Positions 51,088-60,587 of a stretch of 64,000 bases of DNA are shown here, piece after piece (position 1 is the stretch's first letter; every line of letters begins with the position of its first letter). The translations under genes were made by a program, and so were the position numbers. This DNA comes from Minisyncoccota bacterium (lineage in GTDB: Bacteria; Patescibacteriota; Minisyncoccia; Phycocordibacterales; XYD1-FULL-46-19). The notes beneath the pieces are model-generated. The model saw nothing but the letters and a program-made list of their open reading frames with translations, made no database searches and was not told the origin of the DNA. The stretch covers positions 94,240 through 158,239 of the forward strand of contig JBBDJY010000006.1 of NCBI GenBank assembly GCA_040879645.1. The letters run 5' to 3'.

Positions 51088-51103
51088 AAGTGTCTGACAG
51101 GGA

Positions 51104-51172
51104 TTACTTCTTCCTGCCACCACCACCTCCGCCGCAACCACCACCGTTGTGATTACCGCCGTTGCCGGACAT
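51104..51172 (-). CDS. 22-aa Gly-rich peptide MSGNGGNHNGGGCGGGGGGRKK (not in ORF track)
   Basis: SD GAGGAGGTG 5 nt upstream, clean ORF, terminator downstream. Confidence 0.65.
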   Translation of the reverse strand: MSGNGGNHNGGGCGGGGGGRKK

Positions 51173-51206
51173 ACTAACACCTCCTCTCATATGGATTTTT
51201 TGCCTG

Positions 51207-51392
51207 CTACTTCTCAAGTGGCAAACGAATGCCCAAGGGTGAAAAGGAAGGATAACTAGTATTATATCTCTTCCTCCTATCCTTACTCCTCCTCCGCTCA
51301 GGGATTTTTGGGTCAGGATAGTTGAACCAAGGATTTTGTTGGCTTGAGGTTGAGTCAGAGGAAAATCCTGGCACTAGTTCTTCCGGGATCAT
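51207..51392 (-). CDS. 61-aa hypothetical protein
   Basis: Downstream of the conserved leader and GAAAGGAGGTGA. Confidence 0.5.
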   Translation of the reverse strand: MIPEELVPGFSSDSTSSQQNPWFNYPDPKIPERRRSKDRRKRYNTSYPSFSPLGIRLPLEK

Positions 51393-51592
51393 AATGATGT
51401 TCTCACCTCCTTTCAAAGATCAGTTCTTCCCGGAACCCATTTTCCGGGAAATCTAATATCAGTCTAACCCGATGTCTTTTGTTGGCAATAGCCGACAAAC
51501 TGAAATAAAAATCAAGCCAAAATCCCCTTTATTTAAAATGTATTTTCTCCTCCGCAAAAAATTTCTCTGATTCTGTCGGCCGGTGACAACAC

Positions 51593-53269
51593 TTACTCTC
51601 CTGCTTGCTTTATTTCCTCTCGATTAGCCGAGGCGGCATCAGGTAATTCAAGGGTAAAAGTGGAGCCCTGGTCCTTGCCGGGCGAATTGGCGATAATTTG
51701 TCCTTGATGGGCTTCAATGATTTGTTTGGCGACAAACATTCCCAGACCGGTACCTTTGACATTTATCTTCCCCTCATCATCAGCCCGAACAAATTTTTGA
51801 AACAGTTTTTCAATTTCCTCCGCTTCCAAACCGACACCGGTGTCGGTGACATCAATCCTCACCTTTCCATCACCGGACTTAACCGCTACCTTTACCGAAC
51901 CGGCCGGCGTGTACTTAATCGCATTGTCGATAACATTGGAAATTACCTGACCGATTTTACCACTGTCGCCATAAACCAAGTACTCACCCTTGTCAGCCGT
52001 AAAGGATAATTTGATTTTCTGATTCTTGGCTGTCGCTTCGTATTCTTTAAGAACTTGTTCGGTTAAGTTCTTAAGATCAAATTCAGTCAATTCATATTTC
52101 ATCTTGCCCAATTCAATTCGCGTGATATTAAGAAAATCTTCAATCACCCGGACCAATTTCTGGCTGGATTCAAATACAATATCAACCTTTTCCTTTATTT
52201 TTTTCGGTACTTTTCCAAATGACCCTTCCAAAATCATTGATGAATACCCCTTGATGGCGGTCAACGGTGCCCGCAACTGATGCGAAGCGATAGAAACAAA
52301 TTCGGTCTTTTGTTTGTCCAATTCTTTCAATTTTTCATTAGCCCCAAACAAAGCTTTATTGACCTCTCTTAATTCTCCAGCCAATTTTTCAATGTGCTCT
52401 CTTTGTTTTATTTCCCGACGAACACTACGAATTAAATAAATGCCGAATATAAGTATTGATACAAAAATTAACGAATCCACCGCTCTTTCTATGATAGTGT
52501 TTGATCTAAATATTTGAGAAAAAATTATAATCCACAAAACTATTATAACTGCCTCAGTCACTATTATTTTAATATTAAAAAGTTCATATTTAGTAATTGC
52601 ATAGGCGGTTATCCCCATAAAAATTAGTGCATAAATAGAAATCAGGGGTAAAAATATTCCATTTCCGTAGATTATTATTGGAAGTAAGATTGTCCCAATA
52701 AGCAATAATAGCATCAGTGATATTCCGATTAAAATTAAAATGGATTGATATTGTCTGACTCCACTGTACTCTATTGTTTTTTTAAATAGAAAATATATGG
52801 CCAAGACACTAAACAAGGTAGATATAATCGCAAATGGAATTATTCCTAATCCAGCAATGGGATTTCCGCTATTATCTGTGGTATGGGTAAAGGCATAAGG
52901 AGATATATTTATAATTGCCATTACCGCAGTAAGAAGTAAAATTAAAACAAAATTACGTTGCGACATCATTATTTTATGACTTGGTATTGTATGGGCAAAT
53001 AGAAGGAACAAGGCGCTCATTAATGCCGCGAACATTATGCTAAGACGATGAAAGAAAATAGCTAATGATTCTATTTCTGGTAGTCCGGCTATATATCCTG
53101 ACCATAACCAAAACAATATAAAAATACTTAGCAATGAAAAAATTATATTGGTAGCACTTTTTTTATTACTGTAATAAATAGTAAAAATCAGTACGATTGA
53201 TCCTATCGACACTCCAGCAAGAAAAAATAACTCTAATTCACTTACTATATTAGAAAAAATTTCAATCAT
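51593..53269 (-). CDS. 7TM sensor histidine kinase (HisKA_7TM-like, HisKA, HATPase)
   Basis: 7-8 TM helices; SIASHQLRAPL, NVIDNAIKY, DTGVG, GTGLG. Confidence 0.93.
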   Translation of the reverse strand: MIEIFSNIVSELELFFLAGVSIGSIVLIFTIYYSNKKSATNIIFSLLSIFILFWLWSGYIAGLPEIESLAIFFHRLSIMFAALMSALFLLFAHTIPSHKIMMSQRNFVLILLLTAVMAIINISPYAFTHTTDNSGNPIAGLGIIPFAIISTLFSVLAIYFLFKKTIEYSGVRQYQSILILIGISLMLLLLIGTILLPIIIYGNGIFLPLISIYALIFMGITAYAITKYELFNIKIIVTEAVIIVLWIIIFSQIFRSNTIIERAVDSLIFVSILIFGIYLIRSVRREIKQREHIEKLAGELREVNKALFGANEKLKELDKQKTEFVSIASHQLRAPLTAIKGYSSMILEGSFGKVPKKIKEKVDIVFESSQKLVRVIEDFLNITRIELGKMKYELTEFDLKNLTEQVLKEYEATAKNQKIKLSFTADKGEYLVYGDSGKIGQVISNVIDNAIKYTPAGSVKVAVKSGDGKVRIDVTDTGVGLEAEEIEKLFQKFVRADDEGKINVKGTGLGMFVAKQIIEAHQGQIIANSPGKDQGSTFTLELPDAASANREEIKQAGE

Positions 53270-54330
53270 CTGTAATTTATTTTAGGTAATAACTTTGTCG
53301 ATTTAGCTGAAGGCTCTCCGTCATATCCTATGCGCAGGATCGTTGTGATAATCCCATTTAATCTACAAATTGACTCTATCCCATGATAAGCCGTCTTAAT
53401 TTCATTATTGTCTTTTTCCGTAAATACCTGTGAAGCGGTTTTTTCTTCAACGGCTTGGTGAAAGAATAATAACCCACTGTTTAATTGTACTGACAAATTA
53501 TTTTTTGTTGCCGCTAACCAAATTGATTGGACTTGTCTCCCAACGTCAATAAAAGATTTACTATCTTTTAACTTAGCGCTAATAATACACAGCCCGGCAC
53601 AAGCGGAATGTGTCTCCTTATTTTCTGCGGCAATTTTTTTAGCGATGCCTAGTTTAAGCGCCAAAGACATAATTGGCCAATATTTAAGTAATCGCATCAA
53701 TAGTCTTTTGCCGAAGCTTAATTCCAGTGTATGGATTAATAGTCCCCCACCTCTTAACTTTTCTTCATTTTTATTCCAAACCAATTCTTTAAAAAAAAGT
53801 CTGTTTAAAAATTTATTTTCAAACATTATTCTTTCACCGACTGATAAATATTTAGCGATTTCGTCTATACTCGTTCGATTATAGATAAAATTAACATTTA
53901 CTTGATTATTAAAATTTATATATTTTTTTAAATCTGAAACAACGTTTTCCGTGATTGCCTCTTTGGCGTAAGGTTTTCGATTAGAGGCCCGCTTATGCAA
54001 ATAACTGTATAAAGGGCTTAATTTAACCGAGTCATCGTCTATTAACTCTATCGAAGCCGTTAATTTGGGCTCATTTTGATTAGGAAATATTTTTACAATA
54101 GCTTTTAAGTTGTGCTTGGTCGAAGCAATGGCAATATTTTCAATCAAGGCCCCATGAGCGATATAGGTTCCTCGATTTCGGACGTTTAGAACCGCGTGAT
54201 CTTTTTCCGGCTGAGCAAATATATTAATGGTGTTATCTTTTATTTCAAAGTACCAAGGCTGAGAATTTCCTCCCGATGGAGCATCGTAACTATCAGCCAG
54301 TATTTTTTCTATTATCACCTGATTAACCAT
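53266..54330 (-). CDS. Nitroreductase-family flavoprotein (Acg/Rv1355c C-terminal-like)
   Basis: APSGGNSQPW, R-ASNR, GRQVQSIWLAAT, LRIGY. Confidence 0.85.
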   Translation of the reverse strand: MVNQVIIEKILADSYDAPSGGNSQPWYFEIKDNTINIFAQPEKDHAVLNVRNRGTYIAHGALIENIAIASTKHNLKAIVKIFPNQNEPKLTASIELIDDDSVKLSPLYSYLHKRASNRKPYAKEAITENVVSDLKKYINFNNQVNVNFIYNRTSIDEIAKYLSVGERIMFENKFLNRLFFKELVWNKNEEKLRGGGLLIHTLELSFGKRLLMRLLKYWPIMSLALKLGIAKKIAAENKETHSACAGLCIISAKLKDSKSFIDVGRQVQSIWLAATKNNLSVQLNSGLLFFHQAVEEKTASQVFTEKDNNEIKTAYHGIESICRLNGIITTILRIGYDGEPSAKSTKLLPKINYR

Positions 54331-54337
54331 AGTTTTA

Positions 54338-55378
54338 TTATATCAAATTTTCATTAAAACCACTCTCTTTAATCCCGGTCGCCTTTATTATTTTAGCCAC
54401 CCCTTTTTGCCAAGTGGCAATCGGGGTGATTTTAAGTCGAGGAATATCCGGCACTTGTTCATCAACCATATATCTAAATTCTCCGGCGGTCAGAAGAGAT
54501 CCAATTAGTAATCCTTCGGCGGTTAACAGGTTGGAAAATTTGGTTAAATCCTCGATGTTTTCTATCTTTTCAGTTTTCAGATAGTGTTGTAAAGTTTTTG
54601 TGGTTATTTGCCCGGAGACATACAACTTTTTTGTAAGCTCTATCAATTTGTCCATATCTAACCAGTAGGTTGGGAATTTATAGGAATAAAAAGATCGGTC
54701 AACATTTAATTTTTTATTGGGAGGCAGGCCTAAAGTTTCTTCGGCGGCAATAAAAGGCATGGCGGTTACTTTCCCATTTTTATTCAGGGCAATCACTTTA
54801 TTTTGGATATCACCCCTGACGATAGCGGTAACATATTCAAAGGTATTGATGTCTTCAGAATAATCAGCTATAAATTGCGCCTGCATCAGGGCGAAACATA
54901 TAGCGGTAAATTTATGTTTAGTTGAGTTTTTTTTGTTTATAAAACACGGATGAACCCCACACATTCTGGAGTCAGAATACACTTTAGACCATAGATTCTT
55001 ATTTGACCAATTCATTTTGTCGCACAGTAACTTAGGTACCGGCTGATTTTTATATTTATACAATTCTATTTCTCCAATCCCGGTAAATAATCCATCCCCG
55101 GGAACCATGCGCACACTCAACCATTCTTCGGTTTCTTTACCGTACCGGGCCCGGGCAAGATAGATAACAGCCTTATCGTCATATTTATCAAATAATTCCC
55201 GTGCCCCATATTTTTTGTATGAACCTCTGGCCAAGGCCAGGATTTTATACAGGCTTTTATCTAACCACTTTTTGTTATTTAAGTCTTTGGCACGGTAAAT
55301 CTCAAATTCTGCTTCAGCTGTAGAATAAACAGCTAAGGGTTTGGGTAATTTAAGCAGTGTCTCTGATATATTATTCAT
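54338..55378 (-). CDS. LuxI/FeeM-like GNAT acyltransferase (putative)
   Basis: R..Y...E.FDKYD....YL, SVRMVP and SR motif spacing like acyl-HSL/N-acyl amino acid synthases. Confidence 0.5.
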   Translation of the reverse strand: MNNISETLLKLPKPLAVYSTAEAEFEIYRAKDLNNKKWLDKSLYKILALARGSYKKYGARELFDKYDDKAVIYLARARYGKETEEWLSVRMVPGDGLFTGIGEIELYKYKNQPVPKLLCDKMNWSNKNLWSKVYSDSRMCGVHPCFINKKNSTKHKFTAICFALMQAQFIADYSEDINTFEYVTAIVRGDIQNKVIALNKNGKVTAMPFIAAEETLGLPPNKKLNVDRSFYSYKFPTYWLDMDKLIELTKKLYVSGQITTKTLQHYLKTEKIENIEDLTKFSNLLTAEGLLIGSLLTAGEFRYMVDEQVPDIPRLKITPIATWQKGVAKIIKATGIKESGFNENLI

Positions 55379-55383
55379 TGTAA

Positions 55384-56505
55384 TTAAATGTCCAATAGAT
55401 TGTTTAATTGCTTAAGGGTTTTTTGCCTTTGTTTTATGGCGTCTTTTTTTTGAAAATCAGAATCTAAAGTTGAAATCGGACTAAAGACATATTTGCCAGA
55501 CTTAAGATGATCAGTTGTTAAAATCATTTTGACAGTCATTGCTAATATTGATCCGGACATTACCGCCGCAATCCCTAATTGAGGTACATGGTTAATCGTT
55601 TGACCAATTGCTATGAGTGACTTTTGTAGATCTTCTTCCATAAATTCTGTTCCGATAATTTTAGAAGAAAGTTTACTCCAGGCTTTCGGGTCTTTATGGC
55701 GCAATAATGCCAGCCCGATATTTTTTGGTAAACTTACTCGGCCGTGGAAAATCGGGTATTTAGGGTCTCTATCATATCTTTCGATGTCTAAGATAATACC
55801 ATTGCCATTATCGGTCGCCATTAAAACGGGGATTTTCTTTTGTCTTGCTTTTTGCCTTATCCTCACTTTCATCATCAAATTATCCATCTCATCAATTAAG
55901 ATGTCGACGGCCGATAAAAAATTATCAATATTTTTCTCAGTTACTCCTTGGCGGAATATCTTTATGTCAGCGTAGGGGTTATTTTGATAGATATATTCGG
56001 CTGTTCTTTCTGCTTTATTCTGGCCAATATCGAGAAAATCAAAATGGAGCCGGTTTAGGTTGGTGCCAGAAATCTTGTCTCCATCCGCGATTTTCAAGTG
56101 TTTGGCAATACCGGACATCGAAAGAACCATGGCGGCATGACTACCAACGCTTAATCCGGCAATGGCAATTGTCGCATTATATAATTTATCTTGAGCAATA
56201 CTTGATACGACTTCTTTATTGCGAGCGGTTCTTAATTCCTGATGAAGGTCTTCCGGTAAATAGGAGACTAAAGTTTTGTTCCAAGGAAAATAAAACCAAG
56301 TTCCAGGCTTTGTTTGTTTTTTATTGTTTGGAAGATTTTTTATGAATTGTTTAAATTTGGGATCGTTTTTCGATTTTACTTTCTTTAGCGGATTTCTGAC
56401 TTGATAAAGCTCATAGATCAAATCGTCATATTTATCAATTTTTTTAGATATTTCATGAGAATTCTCAAATTTTTTTAGATTTAAAACTCGAATTGGTTTT
56501 TTCAT
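55384..56505 (-). CDS. ThiF/E1-like adenylyltransferase (Rv1355c N-terminal-like)
   Basis: WFYFPW, LRTARN, IAGLSVG, ADGD...NLNR, DIERYD, PQLG. Confidence 0.87.
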   Translation of the reverse strand: MKKPIRVLNLKKFENSHEISKKIDKYDDLIYELYQVRNPLKKVKSKNDPKFKQFIKNLPNNKKQTKPGTWFYFPWNKTLVSYLPEDLHQELRTARNKEVVSSIAQDKLYNATIAIAGLSVGSHAAMVLSMSGIAKHLKIADGDKISGTNLNRLHFDFLDIGQNKAERTAEYIYQNNPYADIKIFRQGVTEKNIDNFLSAVDILIDEMDNLMMKVRIRQKARQKKIPVLMATDNGNGIILDIERYDRDPKYPIFHGRVSLPKNIGLALLRHKDPKAWSKLSSKIIGTEFMEEDLQKSLIAIGQTINHVPQLGIAAVMSGSILAMTVKMILTTDHLKSGKYVFSPISTLDSDFQKKDAIKQRQKTLKQLNNLLDI

Positions 56506-56515
56506 GGATCCTTAA

Positions 56516-57625
56516 CTACTTTCTTAAATCGGCAATATATTTGTTTTTATAAGAACTTGTTTTGGATGCATCTATGTTTTTTTGGAAAATAATTTTTTTA
56601 TTTTTTAAAAAATTGAGAGTTTCGTTTATTTCGGCTTCTTTCTTCTTTACTTTATTATCAATAAAAATTTCAACCAGATCTCTATCATTGTTGGTTTTAA
56701 TATAAACCATAAATTGGTCGGTAAATTTAAGTAACGAATCTATAATTTTTGTTTTAGATGTCAGAATACCCTGGACTTTAATTAAATCATCACTCCGGTT
56801 TATTATTTCAAATTCCTTCAACGATCCATTCCGGTTATATTTTACATTATCCAAAATATCCCCCGTTTTATATCGGATTATCGGTGTGGCCAGATTATAT
56901 AAATCAGTGACAACTAAATGTTTTAAGTTTTTAATTTCTATCGCTTCAACATATATACCATTGCTTATGACGGTTATTTTTTGAGGATCATCTTTTTTTG
57001 ATACCCCAATCGCCGGGCACTCGGTTAGGCCAAAGTGATTAATGACTTCAATCCCATACCTTTTAAATGTATCGGTATAGCTGTCTAAAAGTCTCTCGCC
57101 GGCGACAATTATCTTTTTGGGGAAATATCTTGATTTTTTTTCTTGTGCCAACAAGTTAAGTAAACTGATGGCATAACTGGGGACCGAAAGCCAAACATTT
57201 GGCCTGATCTTTTTTATTGCTTCTATCATCTTATCTTTAGGATAAGTGTTAGGGGCGCCTAGCGGTATTACCGAAATGTCCATTTTTTGGCAGGCCTTTT
57301 CGTACATACTCCCCGGCACATAATTACCATAGGCAAAAAGGTTTAAGACGATATCGTCTTTTGCTACTCCTGATTTTTTAAGCGATTTAATGGCCCGACT
57401 GATAAAGTGATGAACCGCTTGTTTTGAGTAAAAAACATATAAAGGGAGCCCGGTTGACCCGCTGGTAACCCGTAACTCTAAAAAAGATTTAGGCGTCTTA
57501 AATTTTTTAATTACGTTTTTATTACTGACTGGTACCTCGCTCCAGGTTTTTATTTTTGAGCCCCGATGAAAATTACGTAATATGTCTTGTTGTCGTATTT
57601 TTAGCGATGATTTGTTGTTTTTCAT
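56516..57625 (-). CDS. Phenylacetate-CoA ligase (PaaK)-family adenylating enzyme
   Basis: TSGSTG, PSY, AGE, FGLTE, PIIRYKTGD, R.DDLIKVQG. Confidence 0.87.
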   Translation of the reverse strand: MKNNKSSLKIRQQDILRNFHRGSKIKTWSEVPVSNKNVIKKFKTPKSFLELRVTSGSTGLPLYVFYSKQAVHHFISRAIKSLKKSGVAKDDIVLNLFAYGNYVPGSMYEKACQKMDISVIPLGAPNTYPKDKMIEAIKKIRPNVWLSVPSYAISLLNLLAQEKKSRYFPKKIIVAGERLLDSYTDTFKRYGIEVINHFGLTECPAIGVSKKDDPQKITVISNGIYVEAIEIKNLKHLVVTDLYNLATPIIRYKTGDILDNVKYNRNGSLKEFEIINRSDDLIKVQGILTSKTKIIDSLLKFTDQFMVYIKTNNDRDLVEIFIDNKVKKKEAEINETLNFLKNKKIIFQKNIDASKTSSYKNKYIADLRK

Positions 57626-57636
57626 AGAGGAAGAAT

Positions 57637-58044
57637 TTAAACTACATAAAATTTTTCTTCAACCTCGGCCCTTATCTCGCCTCTTATTTTATATTTTCGA
57701 GAATAATTTGTTTTTGAGATAAGAATTCTTTTTAAATTTTTATTTTGAAAAATTTTACCAAATGGTTCATTGGGATTATGAGTGGCCCAATCATTAACAA
57801 ATTTGTTTTTTTTAAGTTTGTTAGTGGCTTGGCATAGGATTTTATCATTTTTTAAAAAGGCAATTTCTCGAAAGATAAAATCTTCGGTTATTTTTTGTTT
57901 TAATAGTTTGAACTCGACATCAGGAATATTTTTTTCAATATATAAAGTTGTTGATAAGGTAATATCATTTAATAATTCGAAAAACCACGGTGCCTCTTTT
58001 TTATTCATTCCAGCAAAAAAGCGATGCAAAAAAATAGCTTTCAT
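57637..58044 (-). CDS. Chorismate pyruvate-lyase (UbiC)-like protein
   Basis: S-TT, REIAF..A-T, EPFGKIF, SRKY, EEKF pattern of the UbiC fold. Confidence 0.55.
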   Translation of the reverse strand: MKAIFLHRFFAGMNKKEAPWFFELLNDITLSTTLYIEKNIPDVEFKLLKQKITEDFIFREIAFLKNDKILCQATNKLKKNKFVNDWATHNPNEPFGKIFQNKNLKRILISKTNYSRKYKIRGEIRAEVEEKFYVV

Positions 58045-58247
58045 TATTTTATAGATTAAATTTTACTTTTCGCCAAGTAAAGTCATATCCAAATAGGACT
58101 TTTTAATCAAGTATTTTTCCATTCTTTCCACCTTTTAATAATATGACATTTTTTATCATACCACGGTTTAATTTATAAAGAAAGATTGATCAATTAAACT
58201 TAAATCCAAAAACTGTTTTTTATTTAACAATTAAAACCGAGATATCA

Positions 58248-59399
58248 TCAGGTCTCTTTTCCGATAGCTTGACTGATGTTGTGATATCCGTCTTGTTGTA
58301 ATAATTTAACCAAACCTTGGTTAATCTGGCTAATTGTTTGTGGTCCGTTAAAAATCATACCGGTAATCATTTGCAAAAGAGAAGCACCGGCTTTTATTTT
58401 TTTATAGGCATCAGTGGCATTAAATATCCCACCGACTCCGATGATGATAAATCTATCCCCGGCTTTTTTATAGAGATAAGAGATTTGCTGATTGGCTAAA
58501 TCTTCGACGGCTTTTCCCGATAGCCCGCCATTTTCCGCTGGCAATGTTTCCTTAATTTTTGCTTGGATGTTTTTATTGGTCTTATCTTTAACTAAATTGG
58601 AACAAATAAAACCACTGATGTTATACTCTTTCCCCAATTCAATAATTTCATCTAATTTGTTTGCCGGCAAATTATCCGGTGGCAATTTTATAAAAATCGG
58701 TTTTGACCAAGTGGCTATCGGAGAATGTTCTGTGGCCAGGGCCGTAAGTAGTTTTTTGAGAGAAGATGGATTGGCAAAAGGTTCTCCGCCAAAAGTATTC
58801 GGGCAACTGATATTGATAGTATAATAATCGCCAACCTTGGCTGCCAAAAAATAACGGTAAGCCGACAGATAATCGGCAACGCCGGCATCGGTCTCGATTG
58901 TCTTTTTGCTATTGGTTTTGGCTAAACTAACACCGACCGGAAAAGCAAATTTTTTGACCTTAAGGCGATGGCTGATAACTTTTGCCCCGTCATTTTTAAG
59001 GCCATAGTAAACCAGTAAACTTTTAGATTTTGGTAAACGCCAAAGACGAGGTTTGGGATTTCCTTCGCAAGGTTCACCGGTGACCGAACCACCTTCCATA
59101 AAACCAAAACCAACGAAGGGTAAAATATCTGCCAATTCTATATTTTTATCAAAACCGGCCGATAAGCCAACCGGGTTTTTAAATTTGATCCCCAAAATAT
59201 TTTGTTCCAGTGTCGGATGTGAATATCCGAAACATAATCTCACTATGAATCTGGTGATTTGGAATTGGCCCAGAAATTTACCAATTTCATTAAATCTATC
59301 GTGAACCTCTTCCGGATTATGTCGAAATAAAATTGGCTTTAACAAAAAACGATACTTCCAGGCAATTATAGTATTTCTAAATTTTATTAATGTTTCCAT
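58248..59399 (-). CDS. pyrD: Quinone-dependent dihydroorotate dehydrogenase (class 2)
   Basis: NPVGLSAGFDKN, GNPKPRL, NISCPN, GGLSG, IGVGGI. Confidence 0.93.
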   Translation of the reverse strand: METLIKFRNTIIAWKYRFLLKPILFRHNPEEVHDRFNEIGKFLGQFQITRFIVRLCFGYSHPTLEQNILGIKFKNPVGLSAGFDKNIELADILPFVGFGFMEGGSVTGEPCEGNPKPRLWRLPKSKSLLVYYGLKNDGAKVISHRLKVKKFAFPVGVSLAKTNSKKTIETDAGVADYLSAYRYFLAAKVGDYYTINISCPNTFGGEPFANPSSLKKLLTALATEHSPIATWSKPIFIKLPPDNLPANKLDEIIELGKEYNISGFICSNLVKDKTNKNIQAKIKETLPAENGGLSGKAVEDLANQQISYLYKKAGDRFIIIGVGGIFNATDAYKKIKAGASLLQMITGMIFNGPQTISQINQGLVKLLQQDGYHNISQAIGKET

Positions 59400-59531
59400 C
59401 TATTGGTGCACCTTATTAATTTGAACTGTAGCACATTTTAAAAAGAAAAGTAAAATATTAAAATTAGTCTCCCGAGGCCAAAAAACCACTCCATTTTTAT
59501 GGTTCTTAAGACAAGTCAAAAAAACGCCTGT

Positions 59532-59783
59532 TTAGGCGAGGATTTTTTCAACTTTGATTACCACTTGGCGATCTCGAATCACTCCTGGTTTTTCTTCACC
59601 CGCCTGCATTTCAAGCAGAAGTGAAGCCAAGGGAGCATCGCTCGCAATTTTACCTTCGGCGATATCGGTTTGGCCAAGGCCGACAATGGTCCAAGTTTGG
59701 GACTGACCGTTAACCGTGACGGCTATTCGGTTGCCAATCTGGACTTTTGGCGCTTTTTGTTCATGGATTTCTTTGGTTTCCAT
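59532..59783 (-). CDS. GreA/GreB C-terminal domain-only protein
   Basis: VQIG, WTIVG..D...GKI...APLA; leaderless TATTAT promoter. Confidence 0.8.
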   Translation of the reverse strand: METKEIHEQKAPKVQIGNRIAVTVNGQSQTWTIVGLGQTDIAEGKIASDAPLASLLLEMQAGEEKPGVIRDRQVVIKVEKILA

Positions 59784-59807
59784 TAAGGTGATAATAGGCC
59801 CCCGGCC

Positions 59808-59870
59808 AATTGTTGGCAATAGCCGACAAAATGACTTTGATTTTAGTCAAAAATATCCTTGGTTTGCAAT
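59808..59870. repeat. 63-bp promoter/operator repeat, copy 1
   Basis: Identical to 61147-61209; 21-bp core also at 51479-51499. Confidence 0.9.
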
Positions 59871-59936
59871 CTTTGCCGGCTAAGAGAGAGAATTTCACCG
59901 GTTTTGTTGGGGCTGGATGACAAATCAAGACAATTT

Positions 59937-60485
59937 TTATTTTATATATAGAAAATGTAAAATATGCCAATTTTTGATCTTGTCCTGCCTGGTTAATCCC
60001 TGACCAATATCTTCTGAAGAAAAATAAGGCGGAATGGATAACAATGAGAGTGATTCATCCCGCGAATAAAATGACATTTTTCCTCTTCTTTCCGTCACCC
60101 AGCCATCATTAGGGCCAAATAAAGTAAAATAAAGAAAACCGGATTCGTCCAATGACCGGAAGGCCGTTTTAATTATTCGCGCAATCTCTTGTTTATCGGT
60201 GATAAAAGGTAAAACATTAGCCATTATGATGCCGTCATATTTCTGATTAAAAACAAAATCCTGAATGTTTTTATTTTCAATTCGCCAATAACCATCCTCT
60301 GCTATTTCTTTAAAATTTTTTTGGGCTTGAATCAGCGCTCCCTCGTCTACATCTACTAAAGTTACCTGATATCCGTATTTTAGAAAATCCATTGCTTGCC
60401 GACCATCACCGCCACCCAGGTCAATTAATTGACCGTCAGCTTTTAATAACTTCTCATTTTTTAATTTTTTAAATAAAGGAATCAT
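59937..60485 (-). CDS. Class I SAM-dependent methyltransferase (TehB-like)
   Basis: IDLGGGDGR, VD, YDGI, W-H C-terminus. Confidence 0.85.
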   Translation of the reverse strand: MIPLFKKLKNEKLLKADGQLIDLGGGDGRQAMDFLKYGYQVTLVDVDEGALIQAQKNFKEIAEDGYWRIENKNIQDFVFNQKYDGIIMANVLPFITDKQEIARIIKTAFRSLDESGFLYFTLFGPNDGWVTERRGKMSFYSRDESLSLLSIPPYFSSEDIGQGLTRQDKIKNWHILHFLYIK

Positions 60486-60587
60486 AAAATTATTTTAATA
60501 TTTATATTAATTTTAAAACATTAACAAAAAAATCGCGCAATTACCACAGTAACTGCGCGATCCAAGTCTTGGTCACAGAATAGGTAA

